From: an uncultured cyanobacterium | Lineage (GTDB): Bacteria; Cyanobacteriota; Cyanobacteriia; Pseudanabaenales; Pseudanabaenaceae | Length of the DNA stretch: 64,000 nucleotides | Direction: 5' to 3' | NCBI GenBank assembly: GCA_963703315.1 | Contig: OY969811.1 | Coordinates: forward strand, 1,792,001 to 1,856,000 | In this document: piece after piece, positions 40,704 to 50,616 of the stretch | Position numbering within the stretch: the first letter of the stretch is position 1 | Layout of the letters: each line of letters starts with the position of its first letter | Made by a program: the position numbers and the translations under genes | The notes under the pieces: model-generated | The model's input: the letters and a program-made list of their open reading frames with translations, nothing else | The model's database searches: none | Told to the model about the DNA's origin: nothing

Positions 40704-41804
40704 ATGAGTCGGGAGGTTATTCAAGATTTTTTGAATCTAGCGGGAGTTGTGGGAATAGCCCTCACCAACCGCCGTATGCGTCCCTATTTCTACGGACTAG
40801 ATGCCGTATTAGATAGGACTAAACAAGCATTAGGTCAAGGAGTCCTGCAAGTTGTTGAAAATGTCCCAGAAGGCTTTGAGTCCTTCGAGTTTCATTTTGC
40901 TGGTCATGTTGTCTTTATTTACAAGTTGACGCATGGTCTAGTACTGCTAGTACTGACGGATAGCGGACTGAAACTAGTTGACTATCGGCGAGGCATCACC
41001 AAAATCAAATATCTGATCGAAACAGATACATACAACACAGTCGCATACTTTAAGCTCTTATTGGGATCAGTAACCCAGCATTCTTTGCCAAATTCCAATT
41101 GGAATGCCAATACTCCACCTAAAGCAGATGCAGTCCCAATTCAAGACAAACTGGCTACAAATAGTTTGGGGGAAACTATTTCTAATCCTGATCTAGAGAC
41201 AACCGTACCGTTGTCTCAGGTTCCAGCATCTGACCAAAGAAGTGCAACTAACACTCAAATCAATAGAGTTGCTAGTACAACGGCAAACACCAATGCAAAT
41301 ACCAATACAAGCAGAACTGCCAATATCCAAACTCAACCAAATGTAACTAAGCCTCAAGCACCTCCAGCATCTGCTCCTATCTTCTCTGCCTCATCGACTG
41401 TTGCGAATAAAGTTGTTACTGACAACAAGTCTGCACAGGTTACAACTCCTTCTAAGTCAGTATCAGCGAAAACTGACACACAGGAGTATAAGTTAGATGA
41501 ACTTTTAGTCGCCTTAAACAAACTAAGCACTTTTACAACTCAGTATTTGGGCAAAGTCGTAGTTACCAACTATTGGAAATCTAGTCGTCCTGACATACCT
41601 TGGCTCGCAGAATTTGAAATCGATCGCAGTGGGCAAATATCTCATCCCAAACAAAAGGCGATCGCCTGTACCCCTGAACAACACCAACAGATTCAGTCAT
41701 GGGTAACCGCCTATATCAAACGCTGTAAACAAGTAATTCGTAATTTTGATCAAATGCTAGAGCAAGACTGTCTTGATATTCGCCAAAAACAGCTACTTCT
41801 CTAA
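40704..41804 (+). CDS. Hypothetical protein, roadblock/longin-like N-terminus
   Basis: [13 protein letters not shown]...[17 protein letters not shown]-rich linker; [12 protein letters not shown]-terminal domain. Confidence 0.55.
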   Translation: MSREVIQDFLNLAGVVGIALTNRRMRPYFYGLDAVLDRTKQALGQGVLQVVENVPEGFESFEFHFAGHVVFIYKLTHGLVLLVLTDSGLKLVDYRRGITKIKYLIETDTYNTVAYFKLLLGSVTQHSLPNSNWNANTPPKADAVPIQDKLATNSLGETISNPDLETTVPLSQVPASDQRSATNTQINRVASTTANTNANTNTSRTANIQTQPNVTKPQAPPASAPIFSASSTVANKVVTDNKSAQVTTPSKSVSAKTDTQEYKLDELLVALNKLSTFTTQYLGKVVVTNYWKSSRPDIPWLAEFEIDRSGQISHPKQKAIACTPEQHQQIQSWVTAYIKRCKQVIRNFDQMLEQDCLDIRQKQLLL

Positions 41805-41975
41805 CTATCTCCCCAAAACTATGGCGCACGCGGAGCGTGTGCCACAGTTTTGGAGTTGCTTTACGATGCTTAACAATTCTAAGCAATTTGGCGGGAACTA
41901 GTCTATATATACACATTAAATGGGTTAAACTGGTCTTTAATATTAAGGGGAGCGATCGCAAAGGCGAGCTAAACA

Positions 41976-42476
41976 ATGGCTAAGCGTGTAAGAATTGAGC
42001 CTATTGCCCAAATAGCAGATATTGCAACAAATGGTGCATTACTATCTGGCTTAATGGGAGATGAGCTAAGCATTTTAAAAGAATGTGGTGGTCGTGGTAT
42101 GTGCGCGACCTGTCACGTTTATATTCAGGATGGTATGTCATCTCTAAGCCCTATGGGTAAACGAGAGCAGCGCACATTAGAAGTGATCACAACCTGTAAA
42201 CCCAACTCTCGACTTGCTTGTCAAGCCAAAGTGATGGGTGAAGGAATTGTGGTCGAACTGCCTGTAGGTATGTATGTCCAATCGATTCAAGATATCGAAG
42301 CTCTGATTGGGCGACGATGTGAAAAAGCTCTACTTAGTCCGATTACTGGTCAGACTTTAGTAGAAGTTGGACAACTAATTACGCGATCAGTTGTGCGTCA
42401 ACTAGAAAATACTAATTTCAGTGTTGGTGAACAATTGGCAAATACAAAAAGAGCCGATATCTTTGAGTCAAAATAA
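41976..42476 (+). CDS. 2Fe-2S ferredoxin with C-terminal extension
   Basis: CGGRGMCATCHV...SRLACQ. Confidence 0.9.
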   Translation: MAKRVRIEPIAQIADIATNGALLSGLMGDELSILKECGGRGMCATCHVYIQDGMSSLSPMGKREQRTLEVITTCKPNSRLACQAKVMGEGIVVELPVGMYVQSIQDIEALIGRRCEKALLSPITGQTLVEVGQLITRSVVRQLENTNFSVGEQLANTKRADIFESK

Positions 42477-42585
42477 TCAGATCATCTAGCTGAATTAAAG
42501 CCAGTTTGTGAAACGTCTATTATCCGATGCTTATTCTTGAGACTAGCTTTAAATTCAATAATTTTTTGGATAGGAGTATTTACTT

Positions 42586-43266
42586 ATGACTGTTGCTTTA
42601 GATCATCCCAATAGTGCAACCAAAGCCAAGAGAAAGAATAATCACTATAGCCTCCAAGATTTTTTCTTGCCTAATCTTGAAAAAGGTATCATCGAAGACT
42701 GGAATGGCGCTAGAAATATTCTGACCAGCGAAGACTTTATCATTGGGCTGCAAGAAGGTTTAGAAGATGAAGTCGGTGAAGCTTCGGCAGCCGTCATGTA
42801 TTCTGTCGGTTGTGAATGGGGACTACAGGATGCTTTGTTTTTTACAAAATGGTTTGAGCGAGACTTTGGACGCAGTATTCGCCAGACTAATTTACCTTTC
42901 TTGTTAGAGACTTGGTGGTGGCCCTTTACATCACAGGGATGGGGACGCTGGCAAGTGGATATGAGCGATCGCAAGCAAGGGTTTATGTTTATCAGCGTAT
43001 ACGACTCGGCAGTAGCCCGTAGTCTTGGTGATGTTGGTAAGCCCGTATGCCATTTGTATGCAGGTTTGTTTTCAGGATTTTTTACGCATCTCGTTAATAA
43101 AGAGCTAGAGTGCATCGAAATCCAATGTTATTCAATGGGTGAAAACTACTGCAAATTTCTGCTCGGTGGCAAAAATCGCATTGATGCTGCTTCTTTCTGG
43201 TTCAACGAAGGAGCAACGACTCGCGACATTGAAGGTCGGTTGCGAAATGGAGAATTTCTGAAATGA
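42586..43266 (+). CDS. V4R (4-vinyl reductase) domain protein
   Basis: GCEWG, GWG, PVCHLYAGLFSGFF, CIEIQC..G..YCKF. Confidence 0.9.
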   Translation: MTVALDHPNSATKAKRKNNHYSLQDFFLPNLEKGIIEDWNGARNILTSEDFIIGLQEGLEDEVGEASAAVMYSVGCEWGLQDALFFTKWFERDFGRSIRQTNLPFLLETWWWPFTSQGWGRWQVDMSDRKQGFMFISVYDSAVARSLGDVGKPVCHLYAGLFSGFFTHLVNKELECIEIQCYSMGENYCKFLLGGKNRIDAASFWFNEGATTRDIEGRLRNGEFLK

Positions 43267-43556
43267 GTAGCCCAGATTGGCGTTTGCAGACATTACGCAA
43301 TTTTTGGCAGGGTGTAAATTGGGAAAATCGGGCGATCGCGCAATTTGCCAGCGATCAACCAAATAGTAACAATGGCAAACCGCCAACGTTAAGTCTTCTG
43401 ATGTCGGTAAGGGAATATTTTCGAGCTATTTCTTGGACAGGAATTCCTGAAATTGCTGTAACCTCCCATGAGACTAAGCCCAATTCTCCCTCTATAGATG
43501 ATGCAAGCAAGGAAACCCTTGAAGACTTTCTTGACGATATTTCTAACTTCTTCTAA
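43263..43556 (+). CDS. Small hypothetical protein of the V4R cluster
   Basis: Repeated F...NW/SW motif; C-terminal TLEDFLDDISNFF; overlaps the upstream stop. Confidence 0.6.
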   Translation: MSSPDWRLQTLRNFWQGVNWENRAIAQFASDQPNSNNGKPPTLSLLMSVREYFRAISWTGIPEIAVTSHETKPNSPSIDDASKETLEDFLDDISNFF

Positions 43557-43570
43557 CGCAAACCAGACCT

Positions 43571-44029
43571 ATGATTCCGAAGATTCAAGAGCTAATTAAC
43601 CAAGCCCAAGATCGTTATCTGGCGACGGACGAGTTGGGACTGATGGAAAACTATGTCAGTTCATTGCCCGATCGCCTCAAACTCTATAAACTAATTCGCG
43701 ATCGCGAAATTGATCTTTTGCAAACAGTTGCCGATCAAGTTCCGACAGAATTGCCTAACGTAACTGACGAAGATTTAGAAACTGGAATTAAAAGTTTAAT
43801 TTTGGTTCTGCGCTATAGCTCAATGGCAATGCTATTAAATGATGAAAATTTTTTAAAGGAAAGATTGCTTAATTGGCTAGAAGGCATGATGTCGATGCGG
43901 GATATGCGTCGTCTCAATGACACCCTCTACAAATTGCTGAACCAAGTTGTGCGTCAACAGTTTAGTCCCGCCCAAGTTGCATTAATTCAACCTTTGATTA
44001 CTGCTGCTCAAGTCACGCTCATCTACTAG
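43571..44029 (+). CDS. Phycobiliprotein-like (globin fold) protein with no cysteine
   Basis: QAQDRYL..EL, R..L, and LRYSSMAML motifs of the allophycocyanin-like fold. Confidence 0.75.
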   Translation: MIPKIQELINQAQDRYLATDELGLMENYVSSLPDRLKLYKLIRDREIDLLQTVADQVPTELPNVTDEDLETGIKSLILVLRYSSMAMLLNDENFLKERLLNWLEGMMSMRDMRRLNDTLYKLLNQVVRQQFSPAQVALIQPLITAAQVTLIY

Positions 44030-44039
44030 AGACACCATC

Positions 44040-44696
44040 ATGATTTCCGTTGCCGATCTCATCAAGGAAAATCGCATCCCTGCCAACTTTTTTGACTACT
44101 ACTCCTACCTAAAAGGGGATCTCCAAATAGGACTGTTAGAAAACCGCCGAGGCGATCGCCTGATCGCAGTTCCTGAAACCTTAATCTCATCCCTTTATGC
44201 AGGATTAGCCAAGGAAACAGGACAAGCATCCAGACTAGTGTTGTTTAATTGCGGCAAATGGTGGGGCAAAAACTTTTACACGCGCTTTACAGAATCTCTT
44301 GAGGAATATTATTCACAGTCCCTTGCCGAAATGGATATGATCACCTTTATTCAAAGTTTAAAGGAATGTTGGCAAACTCATGGCTGGGGTAAGTTTGAGT
44401 TTGATCCGCAATACCAAACGCAAGGATTCGTTTTTGTCAAAACCTATAATTCTCCTTATGTCCGCGCAATAGCTGGTAATAATCAACCGACAGGGTATTT
44501 GGAAGCAGGAATTTTGACTTCATTTTTCAGTCGTTTGACAGGTCGTGAACTATTGGCTGTCCAGACTACCTGTGAGTCTTTAGGTGCTAGTAACAATCTG
44601 TATATCATCGGCTTACCCGAAAGATTACAAATCGTTGATTCACTTGTTGCGGATGGTTTAGATCACGACACAATTTTACAAAGGATTCTCAAATAA
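44040..44696 (+). CDS. Second V4R domain protein
   Basis: GLLENRRGDRL, CGKWWG, HGWG, EAGILTSFFS, QTTCESLG. Confidence 0.85.
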   Translation: MISVADLIKENRIPANFFDYYSYLKGDLQIGLLENRRGDRLIAVPETLISSLYAGLAKETGQASRLVLFNCGKWWGKNFYTRFTESLEEYYSQSLAEMDMITFIQSLKECWQTHGWGKFEFDPQYQTQGFVFVKTYNSPYVRAIAGNNQPTGYLEAGILTSFFSRLTGRELLAVQTTCESLGASNNLYIIGLPERLQIVDSLVADGLDHDTILQRILK

Positions 44697-44784
44697 AAAT
44701 GATCTATGCAAGGTCGCGATCGCTTTTTTGTGAGTGTAAACATTTATGCTGAAACAATTTATGTACGCTGAACTTAATCATATT

Positions 44785-44899
44785 TATAGCTATAGCCATT
44801 TTAGTTAAGACATAAAACCCAAAAGAGAGTTGCGGCGCGTAGCGCCGCAACTCTCTTTTGGGTTTTGGGTTTGTCTTAACATAACTGGCTACCGCTATA
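44785..44899. repeat. Class A palindromic element
   Basis: aaaacccaaaagagagttgcggcgc-gta-gcgccgcaactctcttttgggtttt. The right end is followed by a 16-bp tandem duplication gctaccgctatagctt. Confidence 0.8.
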
Positions 44900-45061
44900 G
44901 CTTGCTACCGCTATAGCTTGCCGTTCAGCCAATCTCCATAAATTTATAACTGTGTAGGGAGGGATTAGAAAGTCCAGAAATTGGGATAATGGGAGCGTTG
45001 AGATGAAGATCCAAACATTGATTTGAGATCTCAATGAACTAATAATGCAAGGTGAATTTGT

Positions 45062-46045
45062 GTGAAGCACCAGTCATTAGATTTATCGATTAAGCTGGGT
45101 GATTACAGTTATCAAATCATTCAACAAAACTTTCAGAGGATTGTCGAACAAGAAAAAGCCATCTTTGAAGATAAAGATCCTGAACCTTTGCATCAGATGC
45201 GAGTTGGGATGCGCCGTTTGAGAACAGCTATTCAAGTATTTGGCTCTGCGATCGTCTTGCCAAAAGCTATAAGCAATTCATCCATCGGAAAGATCGCTAA
45301 AAGTTTAGGAGAAACCCGCGATTTAGATGTACTTCAACAAGAACTGATCAGCCGCTATCAGCCTTTGTTGGACAATACAGAGATACTTAAGTTTGATAAA
45401 GTTTTGAAACGTTTGCAGAAAAAACGCGATCGCAGCTTTCTCGATTTACAGAAGACACTGAATGGCAAAAGCTATTACGACTTAAAGCAGGGCATCCAAT
45501 CTTGGCTAGATCGACCCAGATATACAATGATCGGCGATTTGTCAGTTCGAGAAGTTTTGCCCGACTTGCTACTACCATTAATCTGTCAACTTTTTCTCCA
45601 CCAAGGGTGGCTGGTAGGAACAACTATTCAGTCAGAAAAAGTCACCGTGATTGCCATTGAAAATTCTGAAGAGTTGCATCAACAACTAGAGCAATTCGCT
45701 AACGATCTCCATGACCTTCGTAAAGAAATGAAAGGTATTCGCTATCAAGCGGAGTTCTTTTCAGGCTTTTATGAGGCTTCATACCTTGAGAGAATTGAGG
45801 AGTTTAAGATGATCCAAGAAATTTTGGGTCAACTTCACGATCGCGAAGTCTTGCGTCAGTTTTTAGAATCGACACTGAATGCAGATTTGGCAAAGGTATT
45901 ACCCACTGTAAACCAGACAATGGAGCAGGAGCAAATCACATTTTGGCAAATTTGGCAGCCAATCCAGCAAAATTACCTCTCCTTAGAGTTTCGCCAATCA
46001 TTGCGATCGCTACTCTCAACACCGATAGATACTGCACATTCATAA
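45062..46045 (+). CDS. CHAD domain (polyphosphate-binding) protein
   Basis: DPEPLHQMRVGMRRLR, LGETRDLDV, LHDLRK..K..RY, LGQLHD. Confidence 0.9.
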   Translation: MKHQSLDLSIKLGDYSYQIIQQNFQRIVEQEKAIFEDKDPEPLHQMRVGMRRLRTAIQVFGSAIVLPKAISNSSIGKIAKSLGETRDLDVLQQELISRYQPLLDNTEILKFDKVLKRLQKKRDRSFLDLQKTLNGKSYYDLKQGIQSWLDRPRYTMIGDLSVREVLPDLLLPLICQLFLHQGWLVGTTIQSEKVTVIAIENSEELHQQLEQFANDLHDLRKEMKGIRYQAEFFSGFYEASYLERIEEFKMIQEILGQLHDREVLRQFLESTLNADLAKVLPTVNQTMEQEQITFWQIWQPIQQNYLSLEFRQSLRSLLSTPIDTAHS

Positions 46046-46111
46046 CTAGCGCATCAGAGACATTAAATCATTCGGAACTATCCTGCGAATATATAGATTT
46101 AGGAATCTTTT

Positions 46112-47901
46112 ATGATTAGCCAAACTTCACCAGTTAGTATCGATCCCCAGTTTTTATCAAGTCCCCATGTCATGCTATCGACTCTTCAAGCACTACGTCA
46201 GAAAGTTGAAAGCGAAGGAGCCATTACCTTTAATAAATGGCAATCAGGCATTCATCGGGCTGAATTTCTTCCAAGCGCCCTGAATCTAGCTCAATACCTT
46301 GCATTACGTCAGTATGACCTCCGCGACCTGCAATCCGCATTAATGCCTTGGGGCTTGTCCTCTTTGGGAAGGATTGAAGCAAGGGTATTACCCAATCTTG
46401 ATGCTGTGATTGCGGCGCTAGAAGTAATGTGTGGCAACTACTCCACGGAGAATTTTCACCGCCAACCACTAGAATCCTTTTTTGAAGGCAATCGTTTGCT
46501 TCTCCAGCATACCAAGGAGTTATTTGGGACAGCTTGTCCCCATCGGCGGGTCAGAATTATGGTTACATTGCCCACGGAAGCTGCAACTGACTATGAGTTA
46601 GTACGCGAAATTATCCGACGTGGCGCAAACTCTGTGCGAATTAACTGCGCCCATGACAATCCAGAAATTTGGGAATCCATGATCGCTCATGTTCGTCGAG
46701 CAGCGCAGGAGAATGGAACATCTTGTAACCCACATTCCGCTCTTATTTTACTGAAAAAAATATTTAGAAAACAAATCCTTATACAGTAAGTATTTTGGGC
46801 TTTCGTCAGAAAAATAACACTATCTTAATATTGTCAATAATGACGTACTAATAGGAGTCATTATCATTAATTTTCCAGAAAATCGCTGAAACCCTCATTG
46901 TCTCGTTGTAAATATTTTTAGGCCTCCATTACGAGCGGAATGTGGGTTGTAAAGTGATGATGGACTTAGCGGGACCCAAGATCCGTACGGGAGAAGTCCT
47001 TAAGCCACCCGATCGAAAGCGGGTATTTCGAGGGGATCGCATCTTGCTCTCGCGGTGTGTACCTAAATCTGCAAGTAAATTAGAAACGGTTGAGGCGATC
47101 GCATCACCTATAGACCAATTCCAAATTTGCTGTACGGTTCCCGAAATCCTCGATTTATTAGTAGTTGATGCACCCGTATATATTGATGATGGCAAGATTC
47201 GGACTCGTGTGGTTGATACCCAATATCGATTACCAGATGGGCAATTAGGACTGTTGCTTCAAGTAACCCATGCTAGCCCCAAAGGAGTCAAACTTCGTCC
47301 CGAAAAAGGCTTGAACTTTCCCAAAACAATTTTATCGCTCAGTCCGCTTACGGCAAAGGATTTAAGTGATTTGGATTTTGTCGCCATTCACGCAGATATG
47401 ATTGGTTACTCTTTTGTGCAGCACCCCACTGATATTGATTTACTGCAACAAGAGTTAAGTCTTCGCTTAGATGGCAGATCTCCTAGTCCTGCGATCGTGG
47501 CAAAGATTGAAACGGCGATCGCGGTTTCTAATCTTCCAGAATTAATCATCCATGCAGCGAGTAAACAATCATTTGGTGTGATGATCGCTAGAGGCGACTT
47601 AGCCGTTGAAATCGGATATCAAAGATTGACGGAGATTCAAGAAGAAATTCTTTGGATTTGCGAAGCTGCTCATGTGCCTGTAATATGGGCTACACAAGTG
47701 TTAGAAAGCTTGGTCAAAGATGGAGCGCCTTCACGCGGAGAGATGACGGATGCGGCTATGGCTGAACGCGCTGAGTGTGTGATGTTAAATAAAGGACCTT
47801 TTATTGCCGAAGCCATCACTATTCTTGATGATGTCCTAACTCGGATGGAAGCCCACCAGTCGAAAAAAACGCCCCAGTTACGAGCATTGCATTCTTGGTA
47901 A
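46112..47901 (+). pseudogene. pyk: Pyruvate kinase interrupted by a MITE
   Basis: RIMVTLP and RINCAHD lie in the first ORF; DLAGPKIRTG, AKIET, MIARGDLAVE, WATQVLES and MLNKG lie in the second. Removing the 224-bp insert restores one 521-aa frame. Confidence 0.9.
46728..46947. mobile_element. 220-bp MITE
   Basis: 15-bp perfect TIRs acccacattccgctc / gagcggaatgtgggt; TGTA duplicated at 46724-46727 and 46948-46951; no transposase. Confidence 0.9.
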
Positions 47902-47957
47902 ATGAACAGCAATTGCATCGATTTTCAGTAATCCACCTAGCTTTTGAGTAATTTATT

Positions 47958-48152
47958 ATGACTACAAAATTAATCAATATCGAAGTCGATCTTCAAAATC
48001 ACTACACAGTATCATCCCTAAATCAGGCGATTCAGGATGAATTGATTAAGTATGGAAAACCACTTAATTGGGCTGTGGTTGCTACAGACAAAGAACGTCA
48101 AAAAGTTCATGTCAGTGCGATTTACCCCTCTCATTCAGATAAATCTCAGTAA
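47958..48152 (+). CDS. Small conserved cyanobacterial hypothetical protein
   Basis: 64 aa; IEVDLQ...AIQDEL..YGKPLNWAV pattern. Confidence 0.55.
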   Translation: MTTKLINIEVDLQNHYTVSSLNQAIQDELIKYGKPLNWAVVATDKERQKVHVSAIYPSHSDKSQ

Positions 48153-48213
48153 TTGACTATAGCGATTACCTTAGAGTCTACAAAAAAGAAACCCGCCAAA
48201 GGCGGGTTTCTTT

Positions 48214-48708
48214 TTATTTTTTAGATTGTTGAGCAGACTTGACAAGTTGTTTTTGCGCTTTCCAAGCTTCAGTTAAATACCCAAAGTTTTTCTTAAACTC
48301 TTCGCCGCCCCACCAACTGCCAACCCGACCTTCATCCCAAGATGCAGAGATCGCTCCGTAACTAAGCCCTAAAACGCCAATTCCTAGAAACAACATACTT
48401 AATAAGACAACTGCTGAAGTTGGTAAATCAACTATATGTTGGCTCACGAGAATGTAGCTAATAAAAAATGTAGAGATGCCTAAACCCGTAGGGATACCAC
48501 AGAAAATTGCTGCACGCCGCACAATCCGACGATTTACCTCATCTGGGATACCCGAAGAATTAACCTTAGGTTTAGACTTGGCATCAAAATTATTCTTTTT
48601 AACATTATTCGCAGCAACAGAAGGAGCAGGAGCTTTTTTAGCTTCTTTTGCCTTCTTACTGCGATTATTTGGCTCGAAAGGAATACGTTCTGAGGTGGGT
48701 TTACTCAC
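48214..48708 (-). CDS. pam68: PAM68 family PSII assembly protein
   Basis: PFEP, IPDEVNRRIVRR, GLSYGAISASWDEGR.GS..G.EEF. Confidence 0.9.
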   Translation of the reverse strand: MSKPTSERIPFEPNNRSKKAKEAKKAPAPSVAANNVKKNNFDAKSKPKVNSSGIPDEVNRRIVRRAAIFCGIPTGLGISTFFISYILVSQHIVDLPTSAVVLLSMLFLGIGVLGLSYGAISASWDEGRVGSWWGGEEFKKNFGYLTEAWKAQKQLVKSAQQSKK

Positions 48709-48729
48709 TTTTGCTCCTTGCTTTTTGGC

Positions 48730-48999
48730 TTAGCCTCTTACACCAAGACTTTGAATCAGTTGCTTGTAATGAGCGCGGTCTTGGTTACGAACATAAGCTA
48801 GTAAACGCTTACGTTGACCAATGATCTTGAGCAAACTACGGCGAGATGAGAAATCTTTAGGATGTAGCTTTAGGTGAGCGGTCAACTGGGTGACGCGCTC
48901 GGTCAACAATGCGACTTGAACATCAGAAGAACCAGTATCTGTAGGGTGCTTCTGATATTCGGAGAAAATTTCGAGCTTGCGTTCTTGCAAAAGTGCCAT
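48730..48999 (-). CDS. rpsO: 30S ribosomal protein S15
   Basis: HPTDTGSSDVQVALLT, HPKDFSSRR. Confidence 0.98.
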   Translation of the reverse strand: MALLQERKLEIFSEYQKHPTDTGSSDVQVALLTERVTQLTAHLKLHPKDFSSRRSLLKIIGQRKRLLAYVRNQDRAHYKQLIQSLGVRG

Positions 49000-49272
49000 G
49001 ATAAAAACTTTAAACGTGTTTTGAGGTGTACGTGACTAAACTCGACAATAAACGCACTTAGGAGTTATAGAGCGAGTTCCCAACCTCACGATTGGGCATT
49101 CCTAGTTATTTCCATCTCTGGGATTGCGCCACTTATCCAAAGTAGTAGATTTACGTTTGGACAGATCGACTGGCTAGGCAGTTTCCATTTCTCAGTAGTC
49201 TCTGAGTACTGTATATAGCGACTTGCGATCACTACTTTTCTGAAGGCGTTAGCTTTTAGACAGTCTAGCCTA
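49000..49272 (-). ncRNA. Candidate structured RNA / long rpsO leader
   Basis: Several hairpins. Two have GNRA loops (GCAA, GUGA) and G-U wobble pairs that work only on the minus strand. Confidence 0.4.
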
Positions 49273-49328
49273 ACATAATTTTGGCATAAACAAAAAATAA
49301 GACAGTGCTAAGCACTGTCTTATTTTTT

Positions 49329-49454
49329 CTAATGGGCTGAACCATTGCCATGATATTTATCGGTGTCGTAGAAACCATTACGAGTACCAAAAAACAAACA
49401 GCTAACAGTAAACACAATAGTCAAAATCGGCAGAATTACTTTGAGATCAAGCAT
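49329..49454 (-). CDS. ndhP: NDH-1 subunit NdhP (not in ORF track)
   Basis: MLDLKVILPILTIVFTVSCLFFGTRNGFYDTDKYHGNGSAH*; the C-terminus is the NdhP signature. Confidence 0.93.
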   Translation of the reverse strand: MLDLKVILPILTIVFTVSCLFFGTRNGFYDTDKYHGNGSAH

Positions 49455-49591
49455 GATTTAGAAGGTTTAGAAAAAATGACGCTAGCTTCTATATTCTAAT
49501 CACAAAAAAATATCAAAAAAGTAACCTGAAAGGGCTTTCTTAACATTTAAACCACGAAAGGCTGACGCTCAGCGTCAGCCTTTCGCAGGAA

Positions 49592-50320
49592 TTAATTACT
49601 ACTACCATCGGTGTTGTCAGCAGCACTGTCACCACTAGGACGATAACTTTGCTCAAAGGCATAGCGCACAATTTGCGAACGATTTTCCAAATTGAGCTTG
49701 GTCATAATGCTACTGAGGTGAGTCTGCACAGTACGAGGGCTGATTTGTAAACGTTTGCCAATTTCTTTGTTAGTAAAGCCTTGAACAACTTGCCAAAATA
49801 CTCGCTCTTCAGAAGGAGTAAGGGTGGTGCGAGATACAGGCGCAGTGGGCTGCTGAAATAGCCGCATATGCTCGCTGGGAGTGCGATGTGGTTCGCGCTT
49901 GTGGGGCGAGAAGAAATCTATATCCGTCTTACCAATGGTCATGCGATCGCCACTTTTTAACAAAATGGGGAAAGTGATTCTCTGACCACGCATGAAAGAA
50001 CCATTGCGACTGCCAAAATCGACTAAGTAAAAACTACCAGACTCATTGTTAGAATTGCGAGGTTTTCCATCTCCCTTCATGGAAGACTCAAAACCATCGC
50101 CCTTAGAAGCGCCAACAATTTGTAAGGTGGCATGATAGCGAGATACCCATTTATCTGTTAAGACAATTGAATTATCATAGCCTCTACCAATAGTCCAAAA
50201 ATCTGCGTTTATAAGCGGAATCATCTGTTGTCCCTCATCTGCATGAACAATCAGATAGGGGTGGGGGTGTAGAAGGGTCACTGAACCGTTAGACAACTTT
50301 GTTGTGTGCATCTCAATCAA
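49592..50320 (-). CDS. FHA domain + LuxR HTH regulator
   Basis: IGR, VSRYHA, GSRNG; LTPSEERVF..GFTNKEIG..ISPRTVQTH. Confidence 0.9.
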   Translation of the reverse strand: MIEMHTTKLSNGSVTLLHPHPYLIVHADEGQQMIPLINADFWTIGRGYDNSIVLTDKWVSRYHATLQIVGASKGDGFESSMKGDGKPRNSNNESGSFYLVDFGSRNGSFMRGQRITFPILLKSGDRMTIGKTDIDFFSPHKREPHRTPSEHMRLFQQPTAPVSRTTLTPSEERVFWQVVQGFTNKEIGKRLQISPRTVQTHLSSIMTKLNLENRSQIVRYAFEQSYRPSGDSAADNTDGSSN

Positions 50321-50616
50321 TTGCCAATATAACCTATTTATATATTGTGAGACGTGTTTAATAAATTTTGAGTTCCTTTTTTAGATTCATGACTTTTGCT
50401 GACATATCCTGTCATTTACTCATCCTGAATTTAGATAAACCCAAATTTACAAGACTATAGAGCCTTTACCATAATTGGGATTGCGTCAATTTTTACTTAA
50501 TTACAAATAAAATTAAAACTCGAAAATCTTACTAGCAATTGCTATACTCAGCCTTAAGAACTAGCCTAAGAGTTTAAAAGTCTTAACAACGGTTCTACAA
50601 GTTTCTCTTCAAAATC

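Noticed and set aside
46880..46912. cgctgaaaccct motif reminiscent of cyanobacterial CRISPR leaders
   Set aside because: It lies inside the MITE; no repeat-spacer array or cas genes are present in the window.
49191..49206. TCAGAGACTAC on the minus strand resembles the group I intron R element
   Set aside because: No matching P, Q or S elements and no interrupted host gene; the sequence is explained as a local hairpin.
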